DNA of 64,000 bases from a virus. Under the pieces are notes generated by a model. That model was not told the origin of the DNA. It did not search any database and saw only the letters and a program-made list of their open reading frames with translations. Made by a program: the position numbers and the translations under genes. The stretch is from positions 5,121 through 69,120 of IMG/VR virus record IMGVR_UViG_2866807700_000004. One strand, 5' to 3'. Numbering within the stretch: the stretch's first letter is position 1; each line of letters starts with the position of its first letter. Shown one piece after another: positions 1 to 9,031 of the stretch.

Positions 1-3
1 CCG

Positions 4-462
4 GTGATCCGGCGGGTGGACCGCGACGAGGCGCTCATCGACACGATCTGCGCGATGGAGCTGGACCTGTGGCGCATGGTCGAAGCCCGCACCCCGCCAG
101 CGCTCGAGGGTGGTCGGGCGTCCGAAGACCTGGTCAACCGGCTGTTTCCGACCGGTGTCCCCGGCAAGCCGATCGACGTCGACGACGCCTTCGTGGCCAA
201 GCTCGCCGAGCACAAGGCGCTGACGAAGGCCGAGGGCAACGCGAAGAGGCGCAAGAACGAGCTGCGTGACGAGCTGGCGTACGTGATGGGCAACGCCACC
301 GAGGCGTACTACCGCGGCGAGCTGGTAGCGACCCGCAACAACCACGTCAAGACCACCGCCTCCGTCGCCGACCTGCGCGAGAAGCACCCGGACGTCGCGG
401 CCGAGGTCGTCACGGAGACCCCGTACCGCAAGTTCCTCAACAAGATCAAGGAGACCCCCTGA
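4..462 (+). CDS. C-terminal part of YqaJ-like viral recombination exonuclease (5' truncated by window edge)
   Basis: Open frame from the window edge, stop overlaps the recT start; 'LWRMVEARTPP' tail resembles YqaJ C-termini; YqaJ-RecT is the usual gene pair. Catalytic N-terminus not in window. Confidence 0.7.
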   Translation: MIRRVDRDEALIDTICAMELDLWRMVEARTPPALEGGRASEDLVNRLFPTGVPGKPIDVDDAFVAKLAEHKALTKAEGNAKRRKNELRDELAYVMGNATEAYYRGELVATRNNHVKTTASVADLREKHPDVAAEVVTETPYRKFLNKIKETP

Positions 463-1403
463 TGGGACGCGACCTCGCCCAGCGCGCCGCCGCCCAGCGT
501 GGCGGCAACCAGAACGGCAACGGCGACGCGCCTGCCAAACAGCTCACCCTCGCGCAGCAGATCAACCAGATGCAGAAGCAGTACCAGCTCGCGATGCCCA
601 AAGGCGCCGAGGCCGGCCAACTCGTCCGCGACGCGCTCACCTGCATCCGCACCACCAAGAACCTCGCCGAGTGCGAGGCCGCATCCGTCCTCGGCGGCCT
701 GATGACCTGTGCCCAGCTCGGTCTGCGTCCTGGTGTCGGATCCCTCGGTCACGCGTGGCTCATCCCGTTCTGGGACAGGAACGCCGGACCCGTCAACGAG
801 CGGACCAAACAGCCGATGGGCGGGTACCGCGCGCAGCTCATCATCGGCTACCAGGGCTACGCCGAGCTGTGCTACCGCTCCGGCCGAGTCCTGAACATCG
901 CCCCCCGCACGGTGTTCACCAACGACCACTACGAGCTGGAGTACGGCCTGGACGGCGACAAGCTGATCCACCGACCCAACATCGACGGCACTCGGGGGGA
1001 GCCCCGCCTCTACTACGCCGTGGCCCGGCTGGAGCGCGGCGGCTACGGCGTCACCGACCCCGTGACCGTCGCGGACATGGAAAAGCATCGCGACAAGCAC
1101 GCCATGGCCAAGACCAAGAACGGCGACGTGGTCGGCCCCTGGAAGGACCACTTCGAGGCCATGGCGCACAAGACGATGGTCCGCCGCCTCGTCAAGCTGC
1201 TCCCCAAGTCCACCGACCTGGCTGTCGCGATGTCGGTTGACGAGGGCCTGCGCCTCGATGTCAGCCCCGACATCGATCCCGCCGAGGTCACCAGCGCGAT
1301 CCCGGGTGAGGTGGACGGCGGCGACCAGGCCACGCTCGCCGCCGCTGACGCCGAGGCCGCCGCGCAGGCCGCTGCCGAGGCCGGGGGCGGTTCGAGTGAG
1401 TGA
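462..1403 (+). CDS. recT: RecT family single-strand annealing protein
   Basis: 'SVLGGLMTCAQLGLRPG..LGHAWLIPF', 'AQLIIGYQGYAELCYRSG' and 'PWKDHFEAMAHKTMVRRLVKLLPKS' are RecT signatures. Confidence 0.93.
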   Translation: MGRDLAQRAAAQRGGNQNGNGDAPAKQLTLAQQINQMQKQYQLAMPKGAEAGQLVRDALTCIRTTKNLAECEAASVLGGLMTCAQLGLRPGVGSLGHAWLIPFWDRNAGPVNERTKQPMGGYRAQLIIGYQGYAELCYRSGRVLNIAPRTVFTNDHYELEYGLDGDKLIHRPNIDGTRGEPRLYYAVARLERGGYGVTDPVTVADMEKHRDKHAMAKTKNGDVVGPWKDHFEAMAHKTMVRRLVKLLPKSTDLAVAMSVDEGLRLDVSPDIDPAEVTSAIPGEVDGGDQATLAAADAEAAAQAAAEAGGGSSE

Positions 1404-1668
1404 CGTCCGTCGCAAGACCCTTTCCTACCTGAGGGACGAGAACGTCCGGATCCTGCACGCCGACACCCCGCCCGGCGCCACCCGCCCGGACGAGGTCAGG
1501 GCGCTGGTCCGCGGCCACCACGGCACCTACCAGGTCGTGCTGACGGGCGACGTGTGGTCCTGCGCCTGCGGCGCTGACGAGTGCACCCACGCGGCGGCCG
1601 TCCAGATCGTGACCGGGTACCGGTCCGCTGCCTCCAAGGCCGACAAGACGAATGAGGAGGCGGCCTGA
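1396..1668 (+). CDS. small SWIM-type zinc-finger protein
   Basis: GTG start overlapping the recT end; CxC-x4-CxH motif (WSCACGADECTH). Confidence 0.6.
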   Translation: MSDVRRKTLSYLRDENVRILHADTPPGATRPDEVRALVRGHHGTYQVVLTGDVWSCACGADECTHAAAVQIVTGYRSAASKADKTNEEAA

Positions 1669-2045
1669 TGTGGGTCGTGAAGGTCAGCGACGGTGGGGCG
1701 GACGTCGCCGCGTACGGGCCGATGCGAAACCAGGTCGAGGGGGAGGGGTTCGCTGGCTTCTTGACCGAGGAAGTCGACCCGGCGCGCGTCGAGTACGAGG
1801 CGCCGTACACCCAGTCGGACGTGTCCTCGCCGGTCGCGGAACTCCTCAACTGGCGCGACCACTTCAAGGCCGCCCAGGCGGAGCGGGACGGGCGGATCCG
1901 CGAAGCCCACGCCCAGCTCGTCAACAAGGCCGTCAACGGGCACGGCGCGAACCGCGCCGGGCTGGAGAAGGCCGCCGAGCTGCTCGCCAACGCCTGGTAC
2001 GGCTACGAGCCCGCCGACCCGTATGCACCTCTGGGCGGTCCCTGA
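1668..2045 (+). CDS. hypothetical phage protein
   Basis: TGATG overlaps at both ends; GC3-rich codons. Confidence 0.65.
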   Translation: MWVVKVSDGGADVAAYGPMRNQVEGEGFAGFLTEEVDPARVEYEAPYTQSDVSSPVAELLNWRDHFKAAQAERDGRIREAHAQLVNKAVNGHGANRAGLEKAAELLANAWYGYEPADPYAPLGGP

Positions 2046-2239
2046 TGATCTCCGTGCTGAGGGGCCTGCTGTCTCGGTCCACGCCGTGCTCGCCGCGTAT
2101 CTGCGTCCGCTGTGACCGGACCACCACACGCCTGTCCGCCAAGCAGCGCCGCCAGGTGGTCGCTGGCGGCGACGCGGTGTGCGACCGATCCCGCTGTGGT
2201 GGCCGCCTCGAACGGATCGACGCGGAGGTGTCACCGTGA
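2045..2239 (+). CDS. small Cys-containing hypothetical protein
   Basis: Overlapping start/stop on both sides; CVRC...CDRSRC. Confidence 0.5.
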   Translation: MISVLRGLLSRSTPCSPRICVRCDRTTTRLSAKQRRQVVAGGDAVCDRSRCGGRLERIDAEVSP

Positions 2240-2778
2240 CTCGCGCGACGGCGGAGGAGACGCGGGCCCGGCTCGCGAAACACCTGGTGTGGCACCCGAA
2301 CTCGGGGGACTGCCTGCAGTGCGCGGCGGCGCGGCTGATCGTTTCCCTGCCCGACGCCGGTGCGGCTGCGGTGCGGGCGCAGCGGCCGGTGCTGGACGAC
2401 ATGCTCGCCACCGCCGAGCGCGCCGCCAAGGAGATGGACCAGGTCATCGCCCACCTCGACGGCGAGCACGGCACCAGCATGCGCGACGCCCTCAACTCCA
2501 TCGCCGTCACCACCGACTCCGGGGCGCTCACCGCGATCCTCGCCCAAGCCGCCTGCAGCCCCGACACCGCCGAGACCGCGCTCGCCGGTGCCCGCCGACG
2601 GCTCAACCGCATCCGCGTCATGCACGCCCACCTCGTCGCCGAGCACCGCAACGACAAGTCGTTCCTCGGTCGCCTCACGCGCGCGAACGACCGCGCTGGC
2701 CTGATCCGGCGAGTCGCGCAGGCATGGCACGGCCGCCTCCCCGACGACCCCTTCGCACCCCTCAACCACGACCACTAA
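2236..2778 (+). CDS. hypothetical protein
   Basis: GTGA overlap start; helical, GC3-biased frame. Confidence 0.6.
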   Translation: MTRATAEETRARLAKHLVWHPNSGDCLQCAAARLIVSLPDAGAAAVRAQRPVLDDMLATAERAAKEMDQVIAHLDGEHGTSMRDALNSIAVTTDSGALTAILAQAACSPDTAETALAGARRRLNRIRVMHAHLVAEHRNDKSFLGRLTRANDRAGLIRRVAQAWHGRLPDDPFAPLNHDH

Positions 2779-2797
2779 CCCCTCAAGGAGGCAACCC

Positions 2798-3376
2798 ATG
2801 AAGAACACCCGGTCCATGCGTGGTAACACACAGCAAGAGATCGCGCACCCTCCGGCACAGATCGCCCCCGCCTTCAAATCGCCGGACACCGGGCGGGACC
2901 TCGCCCAGCTCCTGGCCGAGAAGCGCAACGCTGTCGACCACCACGGCCACGAGGCCCAGGCCCGCCGCCAGGACGCCGAGGAGCAGCTCCGCCACAGGAA
3001 CTCCCGCGAGCAGCTCATCGCCGAAAAGGAGCGGGAGATCGAGGAGTTCCGCGCCCAGCGCGAGCGGGAGATCGAGGCGATCCGCCAGGAGATCACCCGC
3101 ATCGACACTGCGGCCAGGAACGCCAACGGCCAGGCCGACCAGCACACCCAGGCGCAGCGCCATGCCCAGCTCGCTGTGCAGGACCTCGAGACGGTGCTCG
3201 GCGCGTACGCGCCCGCCGCGCTCGAGCTGGCAGCCCAGTCGGGCGGGACGCCGCCGAACGGCACCCCTACCAGCGGCGCCCACCCGGACGCGACCGGCGG
3301 CTACCCCGTTCCCGTCGCCACGGGCAGCGGCCCCCAGGAGTTCCCCAACCGCGATCAGACGACGGAGAACCACTGA
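2798..3376 (+). CDS. coiled-coil hypothetical protein
   Basis: AAGGAGG RBS; E/R/Q-rich central helix. Confidence 0.7.
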   Translation: MKNTRSMRGNTQQEIAHPPAQIAPAFKSPDTGRDLAQLLAEKRNAVDHHGHEAQARRQDAEEQLRHRNSREQLIAEKEREIEEFRAQREREIEAIRQEITRIDTAARNANGQADQHTQAQRHAQLAVQDLETVLGAYAPAALELAAQSGGTPPNGTPTSGAHPDATGGYPVPVATGSGPQEFPNRDQTTENH

Positions 3377-3377
3377 C

Positions 3378-3542
3378 ATGGACTACGGCAAAACCCTCCC
3401 TGTGACCGGTGCTGGTGTGAGCGCATTCGGCATCTACATCGGCCAGCTCTGGCTGATCGCGGTGGCCGTCGGTCTCGTCGCGGCCGGTGCGGTGCTGATG
3501 AAACTGACCTTCCGGCGCGGCAAGAAGGCCGACCACTCGTGA
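3378..3542 (+). CDS. 54-aa peptide consisting of a sortase-type sorting signal (LPVTG + hydrophobic helix + RRGKK)
   Basis: MDYGKT-LPVTG-AGVSAFGIYIGQLWLIAVAVGLVAAGAVLMKLTF-RRGKK; stop overlaps the GT2 start (GTGA). Confidence 0.7.
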   Translation: MDYGKTLPVTGAGVSAFGIYIGQLWLIAVAVGLVAAGAVLMKLTFRRGKKADHS

Positions 3543-4891
3543 AGATCTACGAGGCTCGGCGTGCGCGCGGGCGACTGATCACCGTCATGCTCGGCCTCCT
3601 GGTCGCGGCGGTCGGATGGTCCATCCACCACGCCATGGTCACGATGCAGGCCCTGAACGGAGACACCCGCAAGTTCGGGATGGTCTACTCCCTGTCCGCC
3701 GCGATGCTGGTCTTCCAGCTCGTCCTCGCGCACGCCGAGCGGCCCTTCACCGTCACGCGCCGGCAGCAGCGCCATCTCGACAGCCTCAATCTGGCCGTGC
3801 TGGTGCCCGCCTACAACGAGGACCCCGAGTTGCTGGTGCGGTGCCTCATGTCGCTGGGCAACCAGACCCGGCGGCCGGACCACATCCTCGTGGTGGACGA
3901 CGGCTCCGACAAGGTCGACCTCTCAGCCGTGCGCGCATGGTTCCTGGCCGAGGGTGCACGGACGGGGCTCCGCACCTCTTGGGTCCGCACGCCGAATCGG
4001 GGCAAGCGCCAGGCGCATGGGACGGCGATCTCGATGGCACCGGACGCCGACGCGTTCCTCACCGTGGACTCCGACGCCATCCTGGACCGGGAGGCGGTGG
4101 CCGAGGGCCTCAAACCACTGGCTCGCAAGGACGTGCAGGCGGTCGCCGGCGTCGTCCTGGCGGCCAACAACCGCACCACCCTGCTGGCGAGGTTCACCGA
4201 CCTCTGGTACGTCACCTCCCAGCTGATCGACCGGTCGTCCCTGTCGGCCATGGGCAGCGTGCTGGTCAACTCCGGGCCGCTGGCGTTCTACCGCGCCGAG
4301 ACAGTCCGGCAGTACCTGGACACCTACCTGAACGAGACGCTGGCTGGCCGCGAGGTCCGGTTCTCCGACGACAGCATGCTCACGCTTTTCGCCAAACTCG
4401 AGGGCCGGACAGTCCAGCAGCCGTCCAGCTTCGTCTTCACCGCGATGCCGGAGAAGGTGGGCAACCACTTCCGCCAGTACACCCGCTGGATGCGGGGCTC
4501 GACGGTCCGTAGCCTCTGGCGCTTCCGCTACCTGCCGGTGACGTCCCTGGCGTACTGGCTGCACTTCAGCCGGTGGGTCTCGATGGCGGTCTCCACCATG
4601 CTGTTCGCGGCGCTGTTCCTGGTGCAGCCGGTGGTGGACGGAGCGCTGACGCTGTCCCTGCTGGCCATGACAGTCCTGATCGGGTACGCGCAGTGCCTGC
4701 GGTACCTCACCGTCTGGCGGTCCGACCAGAGTGTCTGCTCACAGTGGGCCACCTGGATGCTCGCGCCCCTGGCTGCGCTGTGGGCCTACTTCATCCTGCG
4801 GCCGGTCCGCTGGTACGCGATGGCGACGTGCCTGCGCACCGGCTGGGGCACCCGCGCCGAGGTCGAAGTCACCCTCGGAGGCGCCTCATGA
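3539..4891 (+). CDS. processive GT2 glycosyltransferase, hyaluronan synthase/NodC/chitin synthase-like
   Basis: PAYNEDP, VDDGS, TVDSD (DxD), SDD, QYTRW (QxxRW), C-terminal WGTR; transmembrane helices at both ends. Confidence 0.9.
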   Translation: MKIYEARRARGRLITVMLGLLVAAVGWSIHHAMVTMQALNGDTRKFGMVYSLSAAMLVFQLVLAHAERPFTVTRRQQRHLDSLNLAVLVPAYNEDPELLVRCLMSLGNQTRRPDHILVVDDGSDKVDLSAVRAWFLAEGARTGLRTSWVRTPNRGKRQAHGTAISMAPDADAFLTVDSDAILDREAVAEGLKPLARKDVQAVAGVVLAANNRTTLLARFTDLWYVTSQLIDRSSLSAMGSVLVNSGPLAFYRAETVRQYLDTYLNETLAGREVRFSDDSMLTLFAKLEGRTVQQPSSFVFTAMPEKVGNHFRQYTRWMRGSTVRSLWRFRYLPVTSLAYWLHFSRWVSMAVSTMLFAALFLVQPVVDGALTLSLLAMTVLIGYAQCLRYLTVWRSDQSVCSQWATWMLAPLAALWAYFILRPVRWYAMATCLRTGWGTRAEVEVTLGGAS

Positions 4892-5205
4892 CCGAGGTCA
4901 TCGTCCTAGTCCTCCTCGGCGCGGCCATCGTGGGCCTGATCTGGGAAGTCCGGGACCTCCGGAAGAAGGTGCGAGCCGAGCGGGTGCGCGCGGACGCGGA
5001 GGCCGCCGACGCTCAACGATCCCGCGCCCGAGCGGTCATCGCCGAAGAACACCGCTCTCGCGCCGTCCTCCGCAATGGCGAGGTCCTCGAAGAGGTCGCC
5101 GCGGTCGCCGAGTTCCTGCGCACCAACCATCTGCCGCTGGTCGCAGCCCGCCTGGACCGCCTCGCCAACACTCCGCTCGGCACATCGAGGAGGCAGCGCG
5201 CATGA
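4888..5205 (+). CDS. N-terminally membrane-anchored protein
   Basis: ATGA overlap; hydrophobic first ~20 aa, then a charged helix. Confidence 0.65.
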   Translation: MTEVIVLVLLGAAIVGLIWEVRDLRKKVRAERVRADAEAADAQRSRARAVIAEEHRSRAVLRNGEVLEEVAAVAEFLRTNHLPLVAARLDRLANTPLGTSRRQRA

Positions 5206-5570
5206 ACTGGCGGACGTTCCTCCTGCCCATCGTCGCGGCGGCCTGCGGCGGCCTGCTCCTGGTGCCCCAGATCAGCACCCAAGACGTCGACCTCAACACC
5301 ACCGGCCTGTCCACTGAAGAGGAGGGCGCGTACCTGGGGTGGGCCCGCACAGAGGCCCCCGAGCTGTGGGCCGCGTCCGACGCCCAGCTGCTCCGCATCG
5401 GCCTCGGCCTGTGCGCCGCGATCGACCGCGTCCCGGACCCGGTGGTGGAGCCCCGACCGGTCGAGGGCCTGACCGGCCGCGAGATCCACGCCATCACCAA
5501 CGCCGCGACCCAGCACCTGTGCCCGACCCTCCGGCCCAAAGTGGCCGGCTACCTGCGGAGCGCCCTGTGA
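5202..5570 (+). CDS. secreted DUF732-like protein
   Basis: Signal-like N-terminus; 'QLLRIGLGLC...NAATQHLCP' matches the DUF732 two-Cys pattern. Confidence 0.6.
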   Translation: MNWRTFLLPIVAAACGGLLLVPQISTQDVDLNTTGLSTEEEGAYLGWARTEAPELWAASDAQLLRIGLGLCAAIDRVPDPVVEPRPVEGLTGREIHAITNAATQHLCPTLRPKVAGYLRSAL

Positions 5571-6132
5571 CGCCCCGCACCCTGTACCGCGTCCCGGGCC
5601 ATGCCTCCGGCCTGGTGACGCGCGCCGAGGAGTCCAGCTCCCAGGTCTCCTCGGCAACCCCGCCCACCGTCACGATCCCTGCGGTGGGCGGGGCCCCGAC
5701 TACACAGACGCGCTGGAGCGAGCGCCCCCGCACGGACAGCACCCCGTGCGGCGCGGGCCCCTCCAGCGCCGTGGCCGCGCCCCTGACCGGGGGGTGGAGG
5801 CGCGGCCAGCAGCCGATCCCGTTCGGGGGAGCGGGATCGGCTGCAACCCTCGGCGCCCGCACCCACACCATGCGGGCGCCGAGGGCCCAAACCGCGGACC
5901 GGCCAGCAGGGGGGTCTGGCTGGTCCGCACCCGACGCGGCGGTGTGCACGGCGTTCGCGCCTGAGCTGAGCTCCTCCGCCGCTACCCGCCCGGCCCTGCC
6001 TTCCCCGGGGGCCGGGCGGGCCAAGACCCGGGCAGTCGCGAGTACGCGACTGCCCGCACCAACCGCCAGGGCCCGTCACTCTCGCTCTCCCTTGTCGGTG
6101 GCGGGCCCTGGCATCACCCACCCCGGGAGGCG

Positions 6133-6861
6133 GTGACCATGCCCTCCGTCCAGATCACCCAACTCACAGACCGGCAGCGAGAGGCCCTTCTCCACGGCAA
6201 GACCGTGGGCTGGGTCGCCGCCGCCTTCCAGATCCCACGGCCGCAGCTCATCGCCCGGATCACCGCCGAAGGCTGGGTTGTGGACCCCTCAACCGACCGG
6301 GCAGGCGAGCGCCCGGCCGAGCCCGCCCAAGCCGAAGAGAAGGCCACCCCGATGTCTGCTGAGAACCCGACCGCACCCGCCACCACCGGTCCCGCTCCCC
6401 AGGGACAGCCCGCAGCCGCGCCGACGCCGACGCCGACGCCGACCGAGATGGTGGCCGGTGGGATCGAGCAGCTCCTCGCGGACGCCCACGCCTCGGGCGA
6501 CAAGAAGCTCGAGCGCGCCGCGGCCAAAGCCTCGACGGCGATCGACGCGCTGGTGGCGCTCTACGAGCCGTGGCTGGCCGAGAAAAAGGAGGCCGAGGAA
6601 CGCGCCGCCAAGCTCGCCGAGGTCGAGGCCCGCGCCGAGCAACTGCGGGCCCAACTGGAGGCGGCGCAGGCCGAGGTCGCCGCGCTGACCGGCAAGCCCA
6701 CTCGCAAGAGCAACGCGCCGAGCATGGACCGCGAGCGGTCGCAGGCGATCCGTGCGTGGGCTGCCCGAGAGGGCATCAAGGTCCACCCGCGCGGCCGGAT
6801 CCCCGGCGAGGTAGTCGAGCGCTACGACGCCGTCCATCCGGGGGCACCTGATGGCGCATAG
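6133..6861 (+). CDS. coiled-coil protein with C-terminal Lsr2-type DNA-binding domain
   Basis: C-terminal 'RSQAIRAWAAREGIKVHPRGRIPGEVVERYD' with the RGR AT-hook-like motif of Lsr2; GGGAGG RBS. Confidence 0.85.
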   Translation: MTMPSVQITQLTDRQREALLHGKTVGWVAAAFQIPRPQLIARITAEGWVVDPSTDRAGERPAEPAQAEEKATPMSAENPTAPATTGPAPQGQPAAAPTPTPTPTEMVAGGIEQLLADAHASGDKKLERAAAKASTAIDALVALYEPWLAEKKEAEERAAKLAEVEARAEQLRAQLEAAQAEVAALTGKPTRKSNAPSMDRERSQAIRAWAAREGIKVHPRGRIPGEVVERYDAVHPGAPDGA

Positions 6862-7147
6862 AAGGCATAGGAACGCGCCCGCCTGCCGGCTGTGCAGCCA
6901 GCCGGTGATCTTCGCGCTGACCGAGTCCGGCGCCTACCAGCCGCTCGACCCGGAGCCGAACCCGAAGGGCAACGTCCTGGCATTCAAGGACGCGCTCGGC
7001 GCCTGGAGGGCTCGGTCCCTGGCGTCAGTCGAAGGCGACGCCCGCCACCCCCTTGAGAAGACGTTCATGCCCCATTTCGCGACCTGCAAGGGCCCAGCCC
7101 AGCAGGTGCTGCCCGCCAACGTCACCCCCATCCGGAGGCACACATGA
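6851..7147 (+). CDS. small zinc-binding hypothetical protein
   Basis: CRLC...HFATC. Confidence 0.65.
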   Translation: MAHRRHRNAPACRLCSQPVIFALTESGAYQPLDPEPNPKGNVLAFKDALGAWRARSLASVEGDARHPLEKTFMPHFATCKGPAQQVLPANVTPIRRHT

Positions 7148-7665
7148 CCAGGGAAGAGGATCGGGCCAGGCAGCTCGCCGGTGTCCACAACCAGGAGGCG
7201 CTGGAGAAGATCGCCGAGCACCTCCACTACAACGAGTCGATCCACCTGCACGACCTCACCGACGAGGCCGCGAAGGTGTGCAACTACTGCTGGCTCCGCG
7301 CCGGCAAAGCGATCCTGGCCCTTCGGATAGCGAAGCTGCCGATCGTTCTCGGCCGCGACCCCGTCCAGGCCGACGAGCCCGTCGAGATCGAGGCGGAGGT
7401 CCTGCACGCGCTCGAGGCCGCGGCGTGCATCGGGGACCGCGCCGAGGTGCGGGGCTGGCGCGCCGTCCACATCAGCAACCCCGGCGCTGACCAGGCCCGG
7501 CGGATCCTGTTCTTCAGGAGCCAGGACGGCCGGACCTACGGTGCGCCGCTCCCGGCGTTCATGCACACCGGCCCCGCCGCCCGTGTCCTGTGCTCGCCCG
7601 CCGTGGCACGGCCTGTGGTGACGCAGACCGCCCGGTACGAGCTGGCCGAGGCGGTGTCCCGGTGA
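7144..7665 (+). CDS. hypothetical protein
   Basis: ATGA overlap; GC3 bias. Confidence 0.6.
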   Translation: MTREEDRARQLAGVHNQEALEKIAEHLHYNESIHLHDLTDEAAKVCNYCWLRAGKAILALRIAKLPIVLGRDPVQADEPVEIEAEVLHALEAAACIGDRAEVRGWRAVHISNPGADQARRILFFRSQDGRTYGAPLPAFMHTGPAARVLCSPAVARPVVTQTARYELAEAVSR

Positions 7666-7838
7666 TCGTGCTGCGGAACCGCGTCCGCGCTCGGACGCAG
7701 TGTCCCTTCTCCGGCGGCCCGGACGAGCTGGCGGAGCTGCGGGACCGGGTCGAGCGGGCGCGCGCGGACCTGGCGGCCGTGTGGAAGGAAGCGGAGGACC
7801 TCGGCTGGGACCTCCCGGAGGCGGTGGGACGTGGCTGA
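7662..7838 (+). CDS. small hypothetical protein
   Basis: GTGA overlap start; short helical product. Confidence 0.45.
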   Translation: MIVLRNRVRARTQCPFSGGPDELAELRDRVERARADLAAVWKEAEDLGWDLPEAVGRG

Positions 7839-8535
7839 CCGGATGCCGGATGAGAAGCTCGCCGAGATCCGCGCGGACCTCGCCGCCGTCCCCGCGCCGC
7901 CATGGCAGTGGATCGGGCACCGCACCACCGGCCCGCTCCTGACGACCACGCACTCCGGTTGGCAGTACATCCTCGGCCCTGCCCACCCGCTCGATGAGCA
8001 CGGCGCCCAGGCCGAGGACGCCGACGGCACCCCGATCTACGCCGACCTCATGCTCCGCGACGAGGGCGGCCCCGACGAGCACGCGGTCATGCGCCGCGCT
8101 GCCGAGATGATCGTGCCGCGCGCCGCATACGACCCCGACTCGATCCGCGGGATCGACAACCCGGTCGCCCGCTGGATCCAACGCTCAGCCGAGCACGTCA
8201 CGGCACTGCTGGACGAGGTCGACCGTCTCCGCGCTGAACTGGACGAGACCCGTGACCAGAGTGACGGTGACCGCGCCGCGCTCGCCGATGAGCGCGCTGA
8301 GGCGGGCCTGTCCATGCGGCAGAGGGCGGTGCTCGCATCCATCCGCGAGTCCGTGCAGCGGCGCGGCTACCCGCCGACCGTCCGGGAGATCTGCGCGGCG
8401 GTCGGCGTCACCAGCACATCCACCGTTCACTACCACCTGCGCGTGCTGGAGCGCGCCGGGTTCGTGAGCCGTGGCCCGGCTCACTTCCGCGGCATCCTCC
8501 TGACCGCGCCGGAGCCCGCGGAGGTGGGCCGGTGA
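7831..8535 (+). CDS. unknown N-terminal domain fused to a LexA-type winged-helix DNA-binding domain (no S24 peptidase)
   Basis: 'LSMRQRAVLASIRESVQRRGYPPTVREICAAVGVTSTSTVHYHLRVLERAGF' matches the LexA N-terminal domain; the ORF ends shortly after. Confidence 0.85.
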   Translation: MADRMPDEKLAEIRADLAAVPAPPWQWIGHRTTGPLLTTTHSGWQYILGPAHPLDEHGAQAEDADGTPIYADLMLRDEGGPDEHAVMRRAAEMIVPRAAYDPDSIRGIDNPVARWIQRSAEHVTALLDEVDRLRAELDETRDQSDGDRAALADERAEAGLSMRQRAVLASIRESVQRRGYPPTVREICAAVGVTSTSTVHYHLRVLERAGFVSRGPAHFRGILLTAPEPAEVGR

Positions 8536-8750
8536 GGCACCCGCTCGTGCAGCAACTCATCAAGGCCCGGTACGCCCAGGACCTTAATCAGGCCCAGCTC
8601 GCCGAACGCATGGGCCGGTGGCCGTCCACGGTCGGCGCATGGGAGGCCGGCTCCCGCATTCCGAACATGGCGTCGCTCGACGAGTGGGCCGCCGCGCTTG
8701 GCCTCCGCATCACCCTCACACCAACCCCACCCACCCGGGAGACCTCATGA
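8532..8750 (+). CDS. XRE/Cro-type helix-turn-helix protein
   Basis: 'ARYAQDLNQAQLAERMG...TVGAWEAGSRIPN'. Confidence 0.85.
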   Translation: MRHPLVQQLIKARYAQDLNQAQLAERMGRWPSTVGAWEAGSRIPNMASLDEWAAALGLRITLTPTPPTRETS

Positions 8751-9031
8751 ACCTGCGTCTACGTGTCCTCTTCACCGCGGCAGGCGCCGCTGGTGTGCTG
8801 GCGCTCGCCAGCGGTTGCGCGAAGATGACCGAGCCGTTCAACGACGCGCCGATCAAGTCCAAGGACGACAGCGCGGCCGAGGTCTACTCGATGCCGGACG
8901 GCTTCTCGAACGTCGCCACTAAGTGCGACCGGCACGGCAACCGGATCTACGTCGTCTACCACGGCGACAATCCTTACGGCGCGCTCAACGTCGTCCCGCA
9001 GGACCCCTCCTGTAAGAGGTCCACGCCGTGA
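8747..9031 (+). CDS. lipoprotein
   Basis: Basic N-terminus, hydrophobic stretch, lipobox LASGC. Confidence 0.75.
   Translation: MNLRLRVLFTAAGAAGVLALASGCAKMTEPFNDAPIKSKDDSAAEVYSMPDGFSNVATKCDRHGNRIYVVYHGDNPYGALNVVPQDPSCKRSTP

Noticed and set aside
6415-6445. CCGACG hexamer repeat
   Set aside because: Encodes a PTPTPT linker; in frame, with no sign of a separate element.
6133-6861. Calling this gene lsr2
   Set aside because: Only the C-terminal domain matches; the Lsr2 N-terminal dimerisation domain is absent.
7831-8535. Calling this the prophage repressor or lexA
   Set aside because: No peptidase domain, and it lies mid-operon rather than at a divergent switch.
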